Positions 31,953-41,915 of a stretch of 64,000 nucleotides of DNA are shown in pieces. A program made the position numbers and the translations under genes. Position 1 is the stretch's first letter; every line of letters begins with the position of its first letter. The notes beneath the pieces are model-generated. The model was given only the letters and a program-made list of their open reading frames with translations. It made no database searches and was not told where the DNA came from. The DNA is from an uncultured delta proteobacterium (GTDB lineage: Bacteria > Desulfobacterota > Desulfobaccia > Desulfobaccales > 0-14-0-80-60-11): positions 26,167 to 90,166 of the forward strand of contig CAVYJK010000024.1 of NCBI GenBank assembly GCA_963768765.1, in the 5' to 3' direction.

Positions 31953-32754
31953 ATGATCGGCGTCTTTGATTCGGGGTTTGGCGGCCTGGTGGTCTTGCGG
32001 GAGTTTTTACGGCTCCTGCCGGGCTATGATTATTTGTATCTGGGGGACAATGCCCGGATTCCCTACGGCACCCGGTCCGACCGGGTGGTGCTCCGTTTCA
32101 CCGAGCAGGCGGTGGATTATCTCTTCCGCCAGGGTTGCCGCCTCATCGTGTTGGCCTGCCACACGGCTTCGGCCCGGGCCCTGCGGCGCCTGCAGCAGGT
32201 CTATCTGCCGGCCCATTATCCCGATTACCGGGTCCTGGGGGTGTTGATTCCCACGGTGGAGGAGGCCCTGGCCCGGAGCCGCACCCGGCGCATCGGGGTC
32301 ATCGGCACCGAGGGCACCGTCACCTCCCAGTCCTTTGAGCTGGAGCTCAAGAAACTGGACCCCGGGGTTGAGGTGCTGCAGCAGGCCTGCCCGTTGCTGG
32401 TGCCCCTCATCGAGGCGGGGGAGCAGGACTGGGAAGGCACCGAGATGATTTTGCGGCGCTACCTGGTCCCTTTCCAGGGGACGGTGGACACCCTGATCCT
32501 GGGGTGCACCCATTACTCCATTTTGAAGGAGAAGATCCAGACCCTCCTGGGTGACGGGCAGGAGTTGATCTGCTCCGGCCAGGTCACCGCCGCCAAGCTG
32601 GTCGATTACCTGAGCCGCCATCCGGAGATCGAGGGAATGCTGAGCCGGGGCGGCTCCCGCCGTTATCTCACCACCGACCTCACGCCCCGGTTTGCAGCAG
32701 CTGGCCAGCCTGTTCATGGGGCAGCACATCGACTCGGAAGTGGTGGAGTTATAG
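31953..32754 (+). CDS. murI: Glutamate racemase; frameshift near 32692. The true C-terminus reads ...QQLASLFMGQHIDSEVVEL
   Basis: GVFDSGFGGL, VLACHTAS and LILGCTHY. An alternative frame from about 32692 ends at the TAG at 32752-32754. Confidence 0.9.
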
Positions 32755-32820
32755 CGCCCCTTACGCAAGCAGGAAGCTGGACCGGGGGAAGAGGAAAGAA
32801 ACCCGATTTAAGAGGAGGGC

Positions 32821-33247
32821 ATGATGCCGAACTGGAGGAAGGCCGGGGCTAACGCGGCAATCTGTTTAATCTTCTTCGCCGTGCTTCTTAATGGTTGTGC
32901 CGGTGGGCAGACCAGCCAGGAGGTGGTATCTCCACTCTATATGCTTAGATCCGTCGGGATTCCAGCCGTGGGCGGTGAATATGGAAACCCCCAAGAGACA
33001 GGCGCTGCTGAACTCCATCCCCCCGGGGAAGATTGTTACTTACCTGCTCGATGGCGCAACGTATCATGTTTATGTGGATAAGGACTCTAATACCCTATAT
33101 GTGGGGGATGCGGCTGCCTATCAAAAGTATCTTTCCATGACGCAGGGCAAACAAGTTTGTGAGAGAGTGGAAGGAAAGAACCCCCAGGAATTTTGGGGTT
33201 GTTTTGTGGAGTTTCAAGCGGTTGGCGCCCAGCCGCGGGTGAAGTAG
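32821..33247 (+). CDS. Putative lipoprotein (two overlapping ORFs, probable frameshift at about 32900-32990)
   Basis: Signal peptide plus lipobox LLNGC in ORF 32821..33081. The coding-looking continuation is in ORF 32891..33247. Confidence 0.35.
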
Positions 33248-33402
33248 CAGGCGGTTGCCTGCTTTCCTCATGGAAAACGACAGTTTTGCAATGGAATGGC
33301 TGCGCCTAAAATTTGGTCCCGTCTGGGGAGCCCTGGAGGCCTTGCCGCGCTAACTGCCACCGGATTGGTCCGTGAAAGGGCAAGCCCCCGGAAAGGCGAA
33401 GC

Positions 33403-33915
33403 TCAGCCGGAAACGCCCGGTCGGTTCTCAAACCACCTTTCATCCGCCAGGACCACGGAGGTCTCCACCTGCCGGGGGGAGATGGTCCAGTAGGTGCGCA
33501 GCAGCCGGTCCTTCTCCTCCGGGGTTACCAGGCGGAAGCCGTGCTTCTCATAGAAGCGGATGGCCCACCAGGCCGCGGCCCAGGTCCCCACCAGCAGGGG
33601 GCTGGTGACGCCCTGGCGCAGGCGGGCCAGCAAGCGGGCGCCGATGCCGTGGCGCTGCGCCGCGGGCCGCACGTAGGCATGGCGGATCAGGGTCACGTCC
33701 CGGACCTTCTGGCGTCCCATGAGCCCGGCCAGGCGGCCTTCGGCTTCGAAGCCCCAGAACTTTACCCCGGCCTCCAGTTCCGCCACCAGCTCTTCCAGAG
33801 GCATGTACGGCTCCTGCCAGCAGTCGGCGGGAATCACCCCCCGGTAAGCCTGGGCCGCGGAGTTGATAATCTCCAGGGCAATCCTGATTTCATGGCGGTT
33901 CAAGGGCCGGATCAT
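33403..33915 (-). CDS. GNAT-family N-acetyltransferase
   Basis: Acetyl-CoA binding loop RPAAQRHGIGARLLARL, and typical size. Confidence 0.75.
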   Translation of the reverse strand: MIRPLNRHEIRIALEIINSAAQAYRGVIPADCWQEPYMPLEELVAELEAGVKFWGFEAEGRLAGLMGRQKVRDVTLIRHAYVRPAAQRHGIGARLLARLRQGVTSPLLVGTWAAAWWAIRFYEKHGFRLVTPEEKDRLLRTYWTISPRQVETSVVLADERWFENRPGVSG

Positions 33916-33948
33916 GGTTTGGTCACGGGATCGGCTGCGGGAGGGCGG

Positions 33949-34281
33949 CTAAGAAGCCAGAGGCTGCTGGGGCGGCTGGGAAGCAGCCGGCTCCTCTTTC
34001 ACCCGGTGGCCGCATTTGGGGCAAAAGGTAAAATCCCGGCTTATGACTTGCTGGCAGGAAGGGCAGTTGGTATAGGTGATAGGAAGCCTCGGGGTGGACT
34101 GCTTCGGCTCCGGGGGATATTGAAAGGGATTCTGGAACTGGGTGGTTACCTCCGTGCTGGCGGCGCGAATCTTGGCTACGAGGCGGCCCAGCTTTTCCGC
34201 ATACTCGGGCAGCTTCTGGGGCCCGAACAGGATAAAGGCCAGCACGGCGAGGACGATTAGCGTCTCGAGGTCAATTCCCAT
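33949..34281 (-). CDS. TatB/TatA-family twin-arginine translocase subunit fused to a C-terminal zinc ribbon
   Basis: The N-terminus LIVLAVLAFILFGPQKLPEYAEKLGRLVAKIR gives the TM helix, hinge and amphipathic helix. The C-terminus is CPSCQQVISRDFTFCPKCG. Confidence 0.7.
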   Translation of the reverse strand: MGIDLETLIVLAVLAFILFGPQKLPEYAEKLGRLVAKIRAASTEVTTQFQNPFQYPPEPKQSTPRLPITYTNCPSCQQVISRDFTFCPKCGHRVKEEPAASQPPQQPLAS

Positions 34282-34296
34282 CTGGGAGCCTGTAAA

Positions 34297-34581
34297 TTAG
34301 GCCTTTCCTACCCGGTTGCCGCAATGGGGGCAGAAGGCAAAATCCCCGACGATTTCCTTGTGGCATTGAGGACAGGTGACGCTCTGCGGCTGGGCGGCGG
34401 AGGCAGCCGCGCTCGGAACCTCGCCCTTGGGAGGGTTGACTTCCGGCTCGTCGTGAGCCTTCTTAAAGCTGCGGATCGCCTTGCCGATGCTGTCTCCCAA
34501 CTCCGGCAGGCGCCGGGGCCCGAAGAGCAGCAGGGCGATGACCAGGATAATCAGCAGGGTGGTGAAATTATAGCCGAACAT
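34297..34581 (-). CDS. tatA: TatA-family twin-arginine translocase subunit fused to a C-terminal zinc ribbon
   Basis: N-terminus LLIILVIALLLFGPRRLPELGDSIGKAIRSFKKA. C-terminus CPQCHKEIVGDFAFCPHCG. Confidence 0.75.
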   Translation of the reverse strand: MFGYNFTTLLIILVIALLLFGPRRLPELGDSIGKAIRSFKKAHDEPEVNPPKGEVPSAAASAAQPQSVTCPQCHKEIVGDFAFCPHCGNRVGKA

Positions 34582-34663
34582 AGGACGCCCCTTGTTTGCT
34601 AAGTGTTGATTGTTAATATAAGAAAAAAATCAGTATCCCGCAAGGGAGGGACCGGAGAAAACT

Positions 34664-35203
34664 GTGGCCATGAAAGACTGGAACTTGGTAGTCACCAGCT
34701 ATATGTGGCAGGAGGAGCGCTTGCTCCAGGAATTGGCGGGGCTGGGGGAGTTCCGCCCCAGCGGTTTTACCGCGGTGATCCTGGGGAAGGTCCCGGAGGT
34801 GGGCGAGTTTCTGGAAGCCCTGAAGACTCTTTGGGAAAAGAGCCCTTTTCTGCCGGAATATCTCAGCAGCGTCGTACCCATCAGGACCGTTTTCCCGTTT
34901 ACCGTGGAAAACCTGGCGGAGCGCCTCAAAGAAGAAATGCGGGTCCTGGGGCCGGATCTGAAAGGTAAGGCTTTTTATGTCCGCCTGAAGCGCCGGGGCC
35001 ACAAAGGGGAGTTCTCCAGCCAGGGAGTGGAGCAGGCCCTGGACCAGTTCCTGAAGGACGAGTTTTGCTCCCTCCTGGATTGCCGCATCGATTTCCAGGC
35101 CCCGGACCTCATCATAACGGTGGAGACCATCCATAACCAGTGCGGCCTGGGCCTGGTGACCCGGGAAATGAAAGAGCGGTATCCGTTTATAAAAATAAAA
35201 TGA
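34664..35203 (+). CDS. THUMP-domain-like protein
   Basis: The size and the segment KAFYVRLKRRGHKGEFSSQGVEQALD...ITVETIHNQCGLGL resemble stand-alone THUMP proteins. This rests on recollection only. Confidence 0.45.
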   Translation: MAMKDWNLVVTSYMWQEERLLQELAGLGEFRPSGFTAVILGKVPEVGEFLEALKTLWEKSPFLPEYLSSVVPIRTVFPFTVENLAERLKEEMRVLGPDLKGKAFYVRLKRRGHKGEFSSQGVEQALDQFLKDEFCSLLDCRIDFQAPDLIITVETIHNQCGLGLVTREMKERYPFIKIK

Positions 35204-35205
35204 CT

Positions 35206-35252
35206 TTTGGAGGGGGCCAGGGCCTGCGTGTCCCTTAGCCCCCTCCCCCAAC
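35206..35252. repeat. Single-hairpin copy (left module) of the G-rich repeat
   Basis: TTTGGAGGGGGCCAGGGCC...CCCTTAGCCCCCTCCCCCAAC. Confidence 0.6.
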
Positions 35253-35263
35253 AACCTTAATCC

Positions 35264-36619
35264 ATGACCCAAACCCCCTCTCTCTTTGCGCCCTCCCAAC
35301 CGTTGGCGGCCCGGATGCGTCCCCGGGGTCTCGGGGAGTTCGTGGGCCAGCAGCATCTGGTGGGGCCGGGGAAGTTGCTGTGGCGGTCCGCGAAGGCCCG
35401 CCGGCTCTTTTCCTCCATGATCTTCTGGGGCCCGCCCGGCACCGGCAAAACCACCCTGGCCCGGGTCCTGGCCCGGGAGTTGGACTGCCATTTTGCGTCC
35501 CTCAGCGCGGTGCTCTCCGGGGTGGCGGACCTGCGCCGGGTGGTGGAGGAAGCCCGTAAGGAGCAGGTCCGGGGCCGCCGCACCGTGGTCCTCATCGACG
35601 AGATCCACCGCTTCAACAAAGCCCAGCAAGACGCCCTGCTGCCCCACGTAGAGGAGGGGCTCATCACCCTCATCGGGGCCACCACGGAAAATCCCTATTT
35701 CGAGATCATCGGGCCGCTGCTCTCCCGGGCCAAGGTCTTCATCTTCGAGCCCCTGAAGGAAGAAGAGACTCTGGCCATCCTGAAGCGGGCCCTGACGGAT
35801 AAGGAGCAGGGTCTGGGGGGTCTGGCCGCCCAGGTGACGGCCGAGGCCCTGGGCTATCTGGCCCGGATGGCCGGGGGCGACGCCCGCCGGGCCCTGAACG
35901 CCCTGGAGCTGGCGGTGCTCAGCACTGAGCCCGGGGCGGACGGCGTCATTCGGGTGGACCTGGAGGCGGCCCGGGAGTGCATGCCCCGCCGGGATCTGAT
36001 CTACGACCGGGCCGGCGACGCCCATTACGACACCCTGTCGGCGTTCATCAAGAGCATCCGGGGCTCGGACGTGGACGCCGGCCTCTACTGGCTGGCCCGC
36101 ATGGTGGAGGCGGGGGAGGACCCCCGGTTGATCATGCGGCGGCTGCTCATCCTGGCGTCCGAAGACGTGGGGCTGGCAGACCCCCAGGCCCTGGTGCAGG
36201 CGGCCGCGGCGGCGGAGGCCCTCAACTGGGTGGGGCTGCCGGAAGCGGTCTACCACCTGGCCCAGGCCACCATTTATCTGGCCCTGGCCCCCAAAAGCAA
36301 CTCCACCCAGGCCTACTTTCGGGCCAAGGCGGCGCTGGCGGCGCCAGGGGCCACCGGGGTGCCCACCCCCCTGAAGGACGCCCACCGGGACCGGAGAGCC
36401 CTGGGCCACGGCCAGGACTACCTTTATCCCCACGATTACCCCGGCCACTGGGTGGAGCAGGAGTACCTGCCCGAGGAACTGGCCGGAGAGCGCTTTTACG
36501 AGCCGGGGACCGAAGGGGAGGAGCCGGAGCTGGCGGCCCGCTGGCGGGCCTTGAGAAAGCAAGGGAGAGAACCGGACGGCGGCGGCCCCGGCCCGGAAGG
36601 GGAAGGGGACGGCCTCTGA
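35264..36619 (+). CDS. rarA: Replication-associated recombination protein A (AAA+ ATPase, MgsA/RarA)
   Basis: GPPGTGKTTLAR, LIDEIHRFNKAQQDALLPHVE, and the C-terminal MgsA domain (YDTLSAFIKSIRGSD). Confidence 0.9.
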   Translation: MTQTPSLFAPSQPLAARMRPRGLGEFVGQQHLVGPGKLLWRSAKARRLFSSMIFWGPPGTGKTTLARVLARELDCHFASLSAVLSGVADLRRVVEEARKEQVRGRRTVVLIDEIHRFNKAQQDALLPHVEEGLITLIGATTENPYFEIIGPLLSRAKVFIFEPLKEEETLAILKRALTDKEQGLGGLAAQVTAEALGYLARMAGGDARRALNALELAVLSTEPGADGVIRVDLEAARECMPRRDLIYDRAGDAHYDTLSAFIKSIRGSDVDAGLYWLARMVEAGEDPRLIMRRLLILASEDVGLADPQALVQAAAAAEALNWVGLPEAVYHLAQATIYLALAPKSNSTQAYFRAKAALAAPGATGVPTPLKDAHRDRRALGHGQDYLYPHDYPGHWVEQEYLPEELAGERFYEPGTEGEEPELAARWRALRKQGREPDGGGPGPEGEGDGL

Positions 36620-36945
36620 GAGGGGGTTGAAAAGTGATTTTAGGGTGGGGCCGCAGGACAAAAGCCCCCGCCCTCCCCTAAAGGTCGCGGTGCGGGGCGC
36701 GCTGCCGGTGGCCGGGGAAATTATCCATAGACAGAAAACCCCTTTAGGGTTAAAATATACATTCACCGGCATCCCAGACAAACCAGCTTTGGGGCCAGCA
36801 TTTGCATTGAGAAAAACCAGAGACCGGGAATGGGGCGCAACTGGACAGCAGGGGGAAGAGTGCTTATCGTTTAATCAAACGAGTTTTTAACTAAACCAGC
36901 AACTGGGCAATCTTGGGGGGAGCACCTTTAAAGGAGGTGCTGACC

Positions 36946-37311
36946 ATGTCGCGAATCATCGTGGCCGACAGCGAACCCCACATTAGGCAGCTATGCCGGG
37001 AAGAGTTGCAGGATGAGGGCTACGAGGTGCGGGTTGCCGGAAAGGGCAAAGAAGTGGTGCGCCTGGTGGACTCCTTCAAACCTGACGTGGTCATTCTCGA
37101 AATGCTCCTGCCCGATATCTCCGGGTTGGAAACCGGGATGATGGTCAAGGGCACCAAAAAGGACACCCGTATAATCTTTTACTCCCATTGCCTCCCTCCC
37201 CGGGACCTCTCCAGTTGGGGAGCCGATGATTTTGTGATAAAGTCACCTGACCTGGATCGCCTGAAAGCGGTGGTGCGCCGCCTGTTGCCCACCCGGGGCA
37301 ATTCCTGCTGA
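36946..37311 (+). CDS. Single-domain response-regulator receiver with Glu at the phospho-acceptor position
   Basis: The receiver layout is IIVADSE...PDVVILEMLLPDISG...FYSH...FVIKS. Codon 52 (37099-37101) is GAA where Asp is expected. Confidence 0.7.
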   Translation: MSRIIVADSEPHIRQLCREELQDEGYEVRVAGKGKEVVRLVDSFKPDVVILEMLLPDISGLETGMMVKGTKKDTRIIFYSHCLPPRDLSSWGADDFVIKSPDLDRLKAVVRRLLPTRGNSC

Positions 37312-37581
37312 GGTTGGTGGTTAGTCCGGTTCGCCTTAATTAATTGCAGCCCATTGTTTCGGATCCCAGTTCCCAACCGCCGCTTGTAAAGGGTGATTTT
37401 TTGTTTGCCGCCGGCCCTCCGGTCTCCGGCCAGGCGGTAATTTTAGAAGCTATTTCAAGACCGAATCTTCCGGTCATCCGGAGGGAAGGTAAGGATCGCA
37501 ACTTGCTGAAAAGACCGGTGTTTCACTTAATTGGCGGTGAAACAGCCTGCAAGCAATGGGCCCTTTACACCGGAGGTTGAT

Positions 37582-37881
37582 GTGGCTATCATGGAAATCA
37601 GCGTGGTGCCGCTGGGTTTGGGTAACCCCAGCGTGGGAGACTACGTCGCCGCAGTAGTCAGGTACCTGGAGAAAGAAGGCATCCCCCACGAGCTCACGGA
37701 CATGGGGACCGTGATTCACGGCCACGCCGCCCGGCTGCTCAAGGTGGCCCAGGTGCTGCACGAGCTGCCCTTCGACAAGGGGGTGCAGCGGGTCATGACC
37801 CATATCACCATTGACGATCGCCGTGACAAAGAGGTTCATCTGGGCGACAAAGTTAGAGCGGTAAAAGCGCGTCTCAAGTAA
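37582..37881 (+). CDS. MTH1187/YkoF-family (DUF77) thiamine-binding-like protein
   Basis: [11 protein letters not shown]...TDMGTVI...[11 protein letters not shown] matches the family pattern. The GTG start has GGAGG 4 nt upstream, and the ATG at 37591 is an alternative. Confidence 0.8.
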   Translation: MAIMEISVVPLGLGNPSVGDYVAAVVRYLEKEGIPHELTDMGTVIHGHAARLLKVAQVLHELPFDKGVQRVMTHITIDDRRDKEVHLGDKVRAVKARLK

Positions 37882-37886
37882 CTACT

Positions 37887-39047
37887 ATGCCCAACAACAA
37901 AAAGGATTATTATCGCATTTTAGGGGTGTCCCGGAACGCCGGCATCGATGAAATCAAGAAGTCTTACCGCCAGGTAGCCTTAAAGTACCATCCGGACCGC
38001 AATCCCGGGAACAAGGAGGCGGAGGAGCGGTTCAAGGAGGCGGCCGAAGCCTACGAGGTCCTCCACGATCCGGAGAAGCGCCGCCTCTACGATCTTTACG
38101 GCCACGAGGGGTTGTCTTCCACCGGCTTCACCGGGTTCCGGGATTTTTCCGACATCTTCCGTTCCTTCAGCGACATCTTTGAGGATGTCTTCGGCTTCGG
38201 GAGCTTCGGAGGTTTCGGCGGCGCCGGCGGCCCTCACCCCCAACAGGGCAGCGATTTGCGCTATGACCTGACCCTGGATTTCCTCGACGCCGCCCTGGGC
38301 ACCGAGGTGACGGTGGAAGTGCCGCGGGTGGCAAACTGCCACACCTGCGGCGGCACCGGGGCCAAGCCCGGAACCAGGAGAATTTCCTGCCCCCAGTGCG
38401 GCGGCCGGGGAGTAGTGTCCCGGAGCCACGGCATCTTCCAGATCACCACCACCTGCCCCCGCTGCCAGGGGCTGAAAGAGTTTTACGCCGAGGCCTGCCC
38501 CACCTGTAACGGCGAAGGGCGCCTGCGGGAGAAGAAAAAGCTCAAGGTCAAGATCCCCCCCGGCATGGACAGCGGCACCCACCTGGTCATGGCGGGGGAA
38601 GGCAACGGCGGGGCGTACGGCGGCCCTCCCGGGGACCTGTACATCGTCCTGCACGTCAGGCCCCACGAGCTGTTTCGCCGGGAGGGCTACGACCTGCACC
38701 TGCAGGTGCCGGTCTCCTTCGTGCAGGCGGCCCTGGGGATCCGGCTCACCATCCCCACCCTGAAGGAGCCCAAGGAGTTGGTCGTCCCGCCCGGGACCCA
38801 GCCCGGCGAGGTCATCCGGCTGAAGGGCGAAGGCGTGCCGTATCCCAAAGGCAACCGCCGGGGCGATTTGCTGGTGGAGGTGAAGGTCGCCATCCCCCGC
38901 AGCCTCAATCCGCGGCAGCAGCACCTGCTGCAGGAGCTGGCCAAAGAGGAGCCCGAGCCCCACGCCCAGGCCGCGGGCCATCCGGAAGAGGAAGGCCTTC
39001 TCAAGAAGCTGTGGCATTCCTGGAAAAAATCTGAAGAAAAGCACTAG
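37887..39047 (+). CDS. dnaJ: Molecular chaperone DnaJ
   Basis: J domain (YYRILGV...KYHPDRN), G/F region, and four CxxCxG zinc-finger repeats. Confidence 0.9.
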   Translation: MPNNKKDYYRILGVSRNAGIDEIKKSYRQVALKYHPDRNPGNKEAEERFKEAAEAYEVLHDPEKRRLYDLYGHEGLSSTGFTGFRDFSDIFRSFSDIFEDVFGFGSFGGFGGAGGPHPQQGSDLRYDLTLDFLDAALGTEVTVEVPRVANCHTCGGTGAKPGTRRISCPQCGGRGVVSRSHGIFQITTTCPRCQGLKEFYAEACPTCNGEGRLREKKKLKVKIPPGMDSGTHLVMAGEGNGGAYGGPPGDLYIVLHVRPHELFRREGYDLHLQVPVSFVQAALGIRLTIPTLKEPKELVVPPGTQPGEVIRLKGEGVPYPKGNRRGDLLVEVKVAIPRSLNPRQQHLLQELAKEEPEPHAQAAGHPEEEGLLKKLWHSWKKSEEKH

Positions 39048-39230
39048 TGGTGTGTTTCAAATTTAGGTTCCATTAGCATTTTTATAAATCACCTTGCTTG
39101 GCAAGGGGGTCAAGGGCGGGGAAAGCACGCCCCTGCAATACTACAGGGTTTATTGTAGGGGTGAGGTTCCCTCGCCCCATATCCGATTTACTTGAAATGT
39201 AATGCCAGTTAATTACGAAACACACCACTA
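39044..39230. mobile_element. MITE-like element bounded by 15-bp perfect terminal inverted repeats
   Basis: CTAGTGGTGTGTTTC (39044-39058) pairs with GAAACACACCACTAG (39216-39230), and imperfect complementarity continues inward. The left repeat contains the dnaJ stop codon. Confidence 0.5.
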
Positions 39231-39332
39231 GGACGCCGCCTGGTCCCCCCGGCAGCCCCTGGCTGGCCAGGGAGTCTTTTCGGCTCGGCGACCAGCCGGT
39301 CCCCCGGATCCGACTCGAGAACCCGTGGCGCG

Positions 39333-39683
39333 ATGACCAAGAAAGTCCTCTTTTTTTCGCGGTACCTGATATTTTTTGCCGGAGGCCTGCTTCTCGTTTT
39401 TGAGGCTATTTACCGACATCGACTCATCGATTTCTACCGGCCGGAACTGCGAGCCTTCAACCTCCAGGCGGACTTGCAGGACCACTCCCGAAAAACTCTG
39501 CTGGTCATGGGGGATTCCTTCTCCGCCAGCCTGGACACTTGGGTGGGTTTTCTGAAGCGGAAACTGACCTCCTACCGGATCACCGGCGCTGTGATCTCAG
39601 GCACCGGGATTTTTGAATCCCTGTATGTGGCCCCCCGGCGTTTCCGACCTCTTGAACCCGTTGCCCCGGTTCCAGGCTTATGA
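39333..39683 (+). pseudogene. N-terminal fragment of a membrane-anchored SGNH/GDSL-like hydrolase
   Basis: TM helix then LLVMGDSFSAS (GDS block I). The ORF ends after 116 aa without the later SGNH blocks. Confidence 0.35.
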
Positions 39684-39982
39684 AGAGCAAGGAAAGCGCA
39701 GGTATTATGCCAAGCAAACCGACCGGCCAATCTCTCTTGGGCGAGTACCTCCGGGAACGGCTGCAAGCGGACGGCCTCGCCCGTTAAAAATGCCGCCACC
39801 CTCCATCCCGGGGCGCCGGCTACTACAACCTCCATGCGGCCCAAATTATGACATGACTCAAGGCCGGGCGCAGCCGCGCCGTGCCGAATCCCTTGCAAAA
39901 AATCGCAGGCTTTATCTTGCGCGTTCACAGGCGAGACGTCTGCGCCACCTGGGTAAGGGGACTTGCTGCAGCCATTGCAAAA

Positions 39983-40065
39983 CCGGTTTTTTCTGTCATC
40001 CTGAGCGAAGCGAAGGATCTCAAGTTGTTGTAAATACGAGATTCTTCGCTACGCTCAGAATGACA
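39983..40065. repeat. Long inverted-repeat element (same family as 7581-7650)
   Basis: GTCATCCTGAGCGAAGCGAAGGATCTC ... GAGATTCTTCGCTACGCTCAGAATGAC. Confidence 0.75.
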
Positions 40066-40133
40066 TTTCAAGGGGAATCAGGGGGTTGGCAATAGGTTCC
40101 ATCAAACAATTGCCGTTAGCCGCAGGATTTATA

Positions 40134-40162
40134 TTGACAAGCAACGGGTCCTTGAGTAATTA
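40134..40162 (+). promoter_or_regulatory. Sigma-70-like promoter upstream of the oxidoreductase operon
   Basis: TTGACA (40134-40139), a 17-nt spacer, then TAATTA (40157-40162). Confidence 0.5.
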
Positions 40163-40200
40163 TTCACAATCAGACCGCTCTGAGCGGAAAAGGTTGAGAT

Positions 40201-41907
40201 ATGGCCATTGACTTGAACATCCTGATCGGCGGGGCCGCCGGCCAGGGGGTGCACGCCATCACCCTGCCCCTGGCCAAGACCCTGGTGCGCCAGGGCTGCC
40301 ACGTCCTGTTTGTCATGGACTACCAGTCCCGCATCCGGGGCGGCCACCTGTGCAACCGCATCCGGGTGGCGGACCGGCCCCTCATGGCCTCCCGGGAGGG
40401 GGTGGACCTGCTGGTGGCCCTGGATCAGGAGACCGTCTCCCTGCACCGGAAAGAACTGGCGCCGGACGGCGTCATCATTTACGACTCTTCCCGGGTGAAG
40501 GAGGTGCCCCCGGGGGTGCGCCGCCTGGCCCTGGACCCGGAGGCGCTGCTCCCGGGGCAGCAAGCCGCGGAGATTGCCATCAACGCCGGGGCTTGCGGGG
40601 CCCTGCTGGGACTCCTCAAGGTGCCGCTGGAGCCGATGATGGCGCTCCTCCTGGAGGCCTTCGCGGCCAAGGGGAAAGAGGTGGTGGGCTGGAACCACAA
40701 GGCGGCCGCGGCGGGTTACCGTCAGGCCGCGGCCCTGGGCCCCAGCCATTCCCTGGCGGAGGTTGCCCGGCCGGAGAACCCCCGGCTCCTCATCAACGGC
40801 CACGAAGCGGTGGCCCTGGGGGCCCTGGCCGCGGGGTTGCAGTTTTTGAGCGGCTACCCCATGACCCCCTGGAGCAGCGTGCTCAATGCGGTGGGCAGCC
40901 GGGCCGCCCAATGGGGGGTGGTGGTGGAGCAGGCGGAAGACGAGATCGCGGCCATGAACCTGGCCGTGGGCGCTTCCTACGCCGGGGTCCGGGCCATGAC
41001 CGGCAGCTCCGGGGGCGGCTTCGCCCTGATGGTGGAGACCCTGGGCCTGGCCGCCTGCACCGAGACCCCCCTGGTCATCGTGGAGGCCATGCGGCCCGGG
41101 CCCAGCACCGGGCTCCCCACCCGCACCGCGCAGGGGGACTTGAGTTTCGTGCTGGCCGCCGGCCAGGACGACTCGCCCCGGGCGGTGCTGGCGCCGGGCA
41201 CCCCGGCCCAGGGCTTCGCCCTCACGACCAAGGCCTTCAACCTGGCGGACCGCTACCAACTGCCGGTCTTTATCCTGACGGACCAGTATTTCGCCGACAC
41301 CTCCTTCACCCTTGAGACCAGGGACTTTCCGGCGGAGGTGGAGATGGACCGGGCCCTGGAATTGGGGCCGGCGGCAGGCGTCTATGAGCGCTACGCCCTT
41401 ACGGCAAGCGGCGTCTCGCCCCGGCGCCTGCCGGGGTTCGGGCCGGTGGTGGTGGCCGACTCCGACGAGCACACCCCGGACGGCCACCTCACCGAGGACC
41501 TGACCGTGCGGGTGCAGATGCACGACAAGCGCCTGAGGAAGCTAAAGGGTCTGGTCCAGGAGCTTAGCGGCATCACGACCGCCGGGGCCGGGGACGCCCC
41601 CCTGGCCCTGGTCTGCTGGGGCTCCAGCTTGGGGCCGGTGACGGAGGCGGTGGCCCGCCTCAACCAGAATGGGACCCCGGCCCGCCTGGTGCACCTGAGC
41701 GAGTTGTGGCCCTTCCCCCGGGAAGCGGTGACGGCAGCCCTGGGGCGGCCCCAAAAGCTGGTGATGGTGGAGATGAACGCCACCGGCCAGCTGGGCCGAC
41801 TGCTGCGCCAGGAGACCGGGAGGGCGGCGGACCACCTGGTCCTCAAGTATGACGGGGCCCCCTTGTCCCCCGAATATATCCTGCGGAATCTCTCCGGCGT
41901 GGCCTGA
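40201..41907 (+). CDS. korA: 2-oxoacid:ferredoxin oxidoreductase, fused gamma/alpha subunit
   Basis: The N-terminal gamma-domain has GGAAGQGV, followed by an alpha-subunit body. The gene is adjacent to the TPP-binding beta subunit. Confidence 0.85.
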   Translation: MAIDLNILIGGAAGQGVHAITLPLAKTLVRQGCHVLFVMDYQSRIRGGHLCNRIRVADRPLMASREGVDLLVALDQETVSLHRKELAPDGVIIYDSSRVKEVPPGVRRLALDPEALLPGQQAAEIAINAGACGALLGLLKVPLEPMMALLLEAFAAKGKEVVGWNHKAAAAGYRQAAALGPSHSLAEVARPENPRLLINGHEAVALGALAAGLQFLSGYPMTPWSSVLNAVGSRAAQWGVVVEQAEDEIAAMNLAVGASYAGVRAMTGSSGGGFALMVETLGLAACTETPLVIVEAMRPGPSTGLPTRTAQGDLSFVLAAGQDDSPRAVLAPGTPAQGFALTTKAFNLADRYQLPVFILTDQYFADTSFTLETRDFPAEVEMDRALELGPAAGVYERYALTASGVSPRRLPGFGPVVVADSDEHTPDGHLTEDLTVRVQMHDKRLRKLKGLVQELSGITTAGAGDAPLALVCWGSSLGPVTEAVARLNQNGTPARLVHLSELWPFPREAVTAALGRPQKLVMVEMNATGQLGRLLRQETGRAADHLVLKYDGAPLSPEYILRNLSGVA

Positions 41908-41915
41908 GGGAGGGA

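Noticed and set aside
34613-36781. 722-aa ORF on the minus strand, the longest unexplained ORF in the track.
   Set aside because: It is antisense to the well-supported rarA and THUMP genes. The translation is Gly/Pro/Arg/Leu-rich low-complexity sequence with no motifs, typical of stop-free antisense frames in high-GC DNA.
39613-40095. 160-aa ORF ending in ...RFFATLRMTFQGE.
   Set aside because: It spans the long inverted-repeat element and other dispersed repeats. This peptide motif is a known by-product of translating that repeat.
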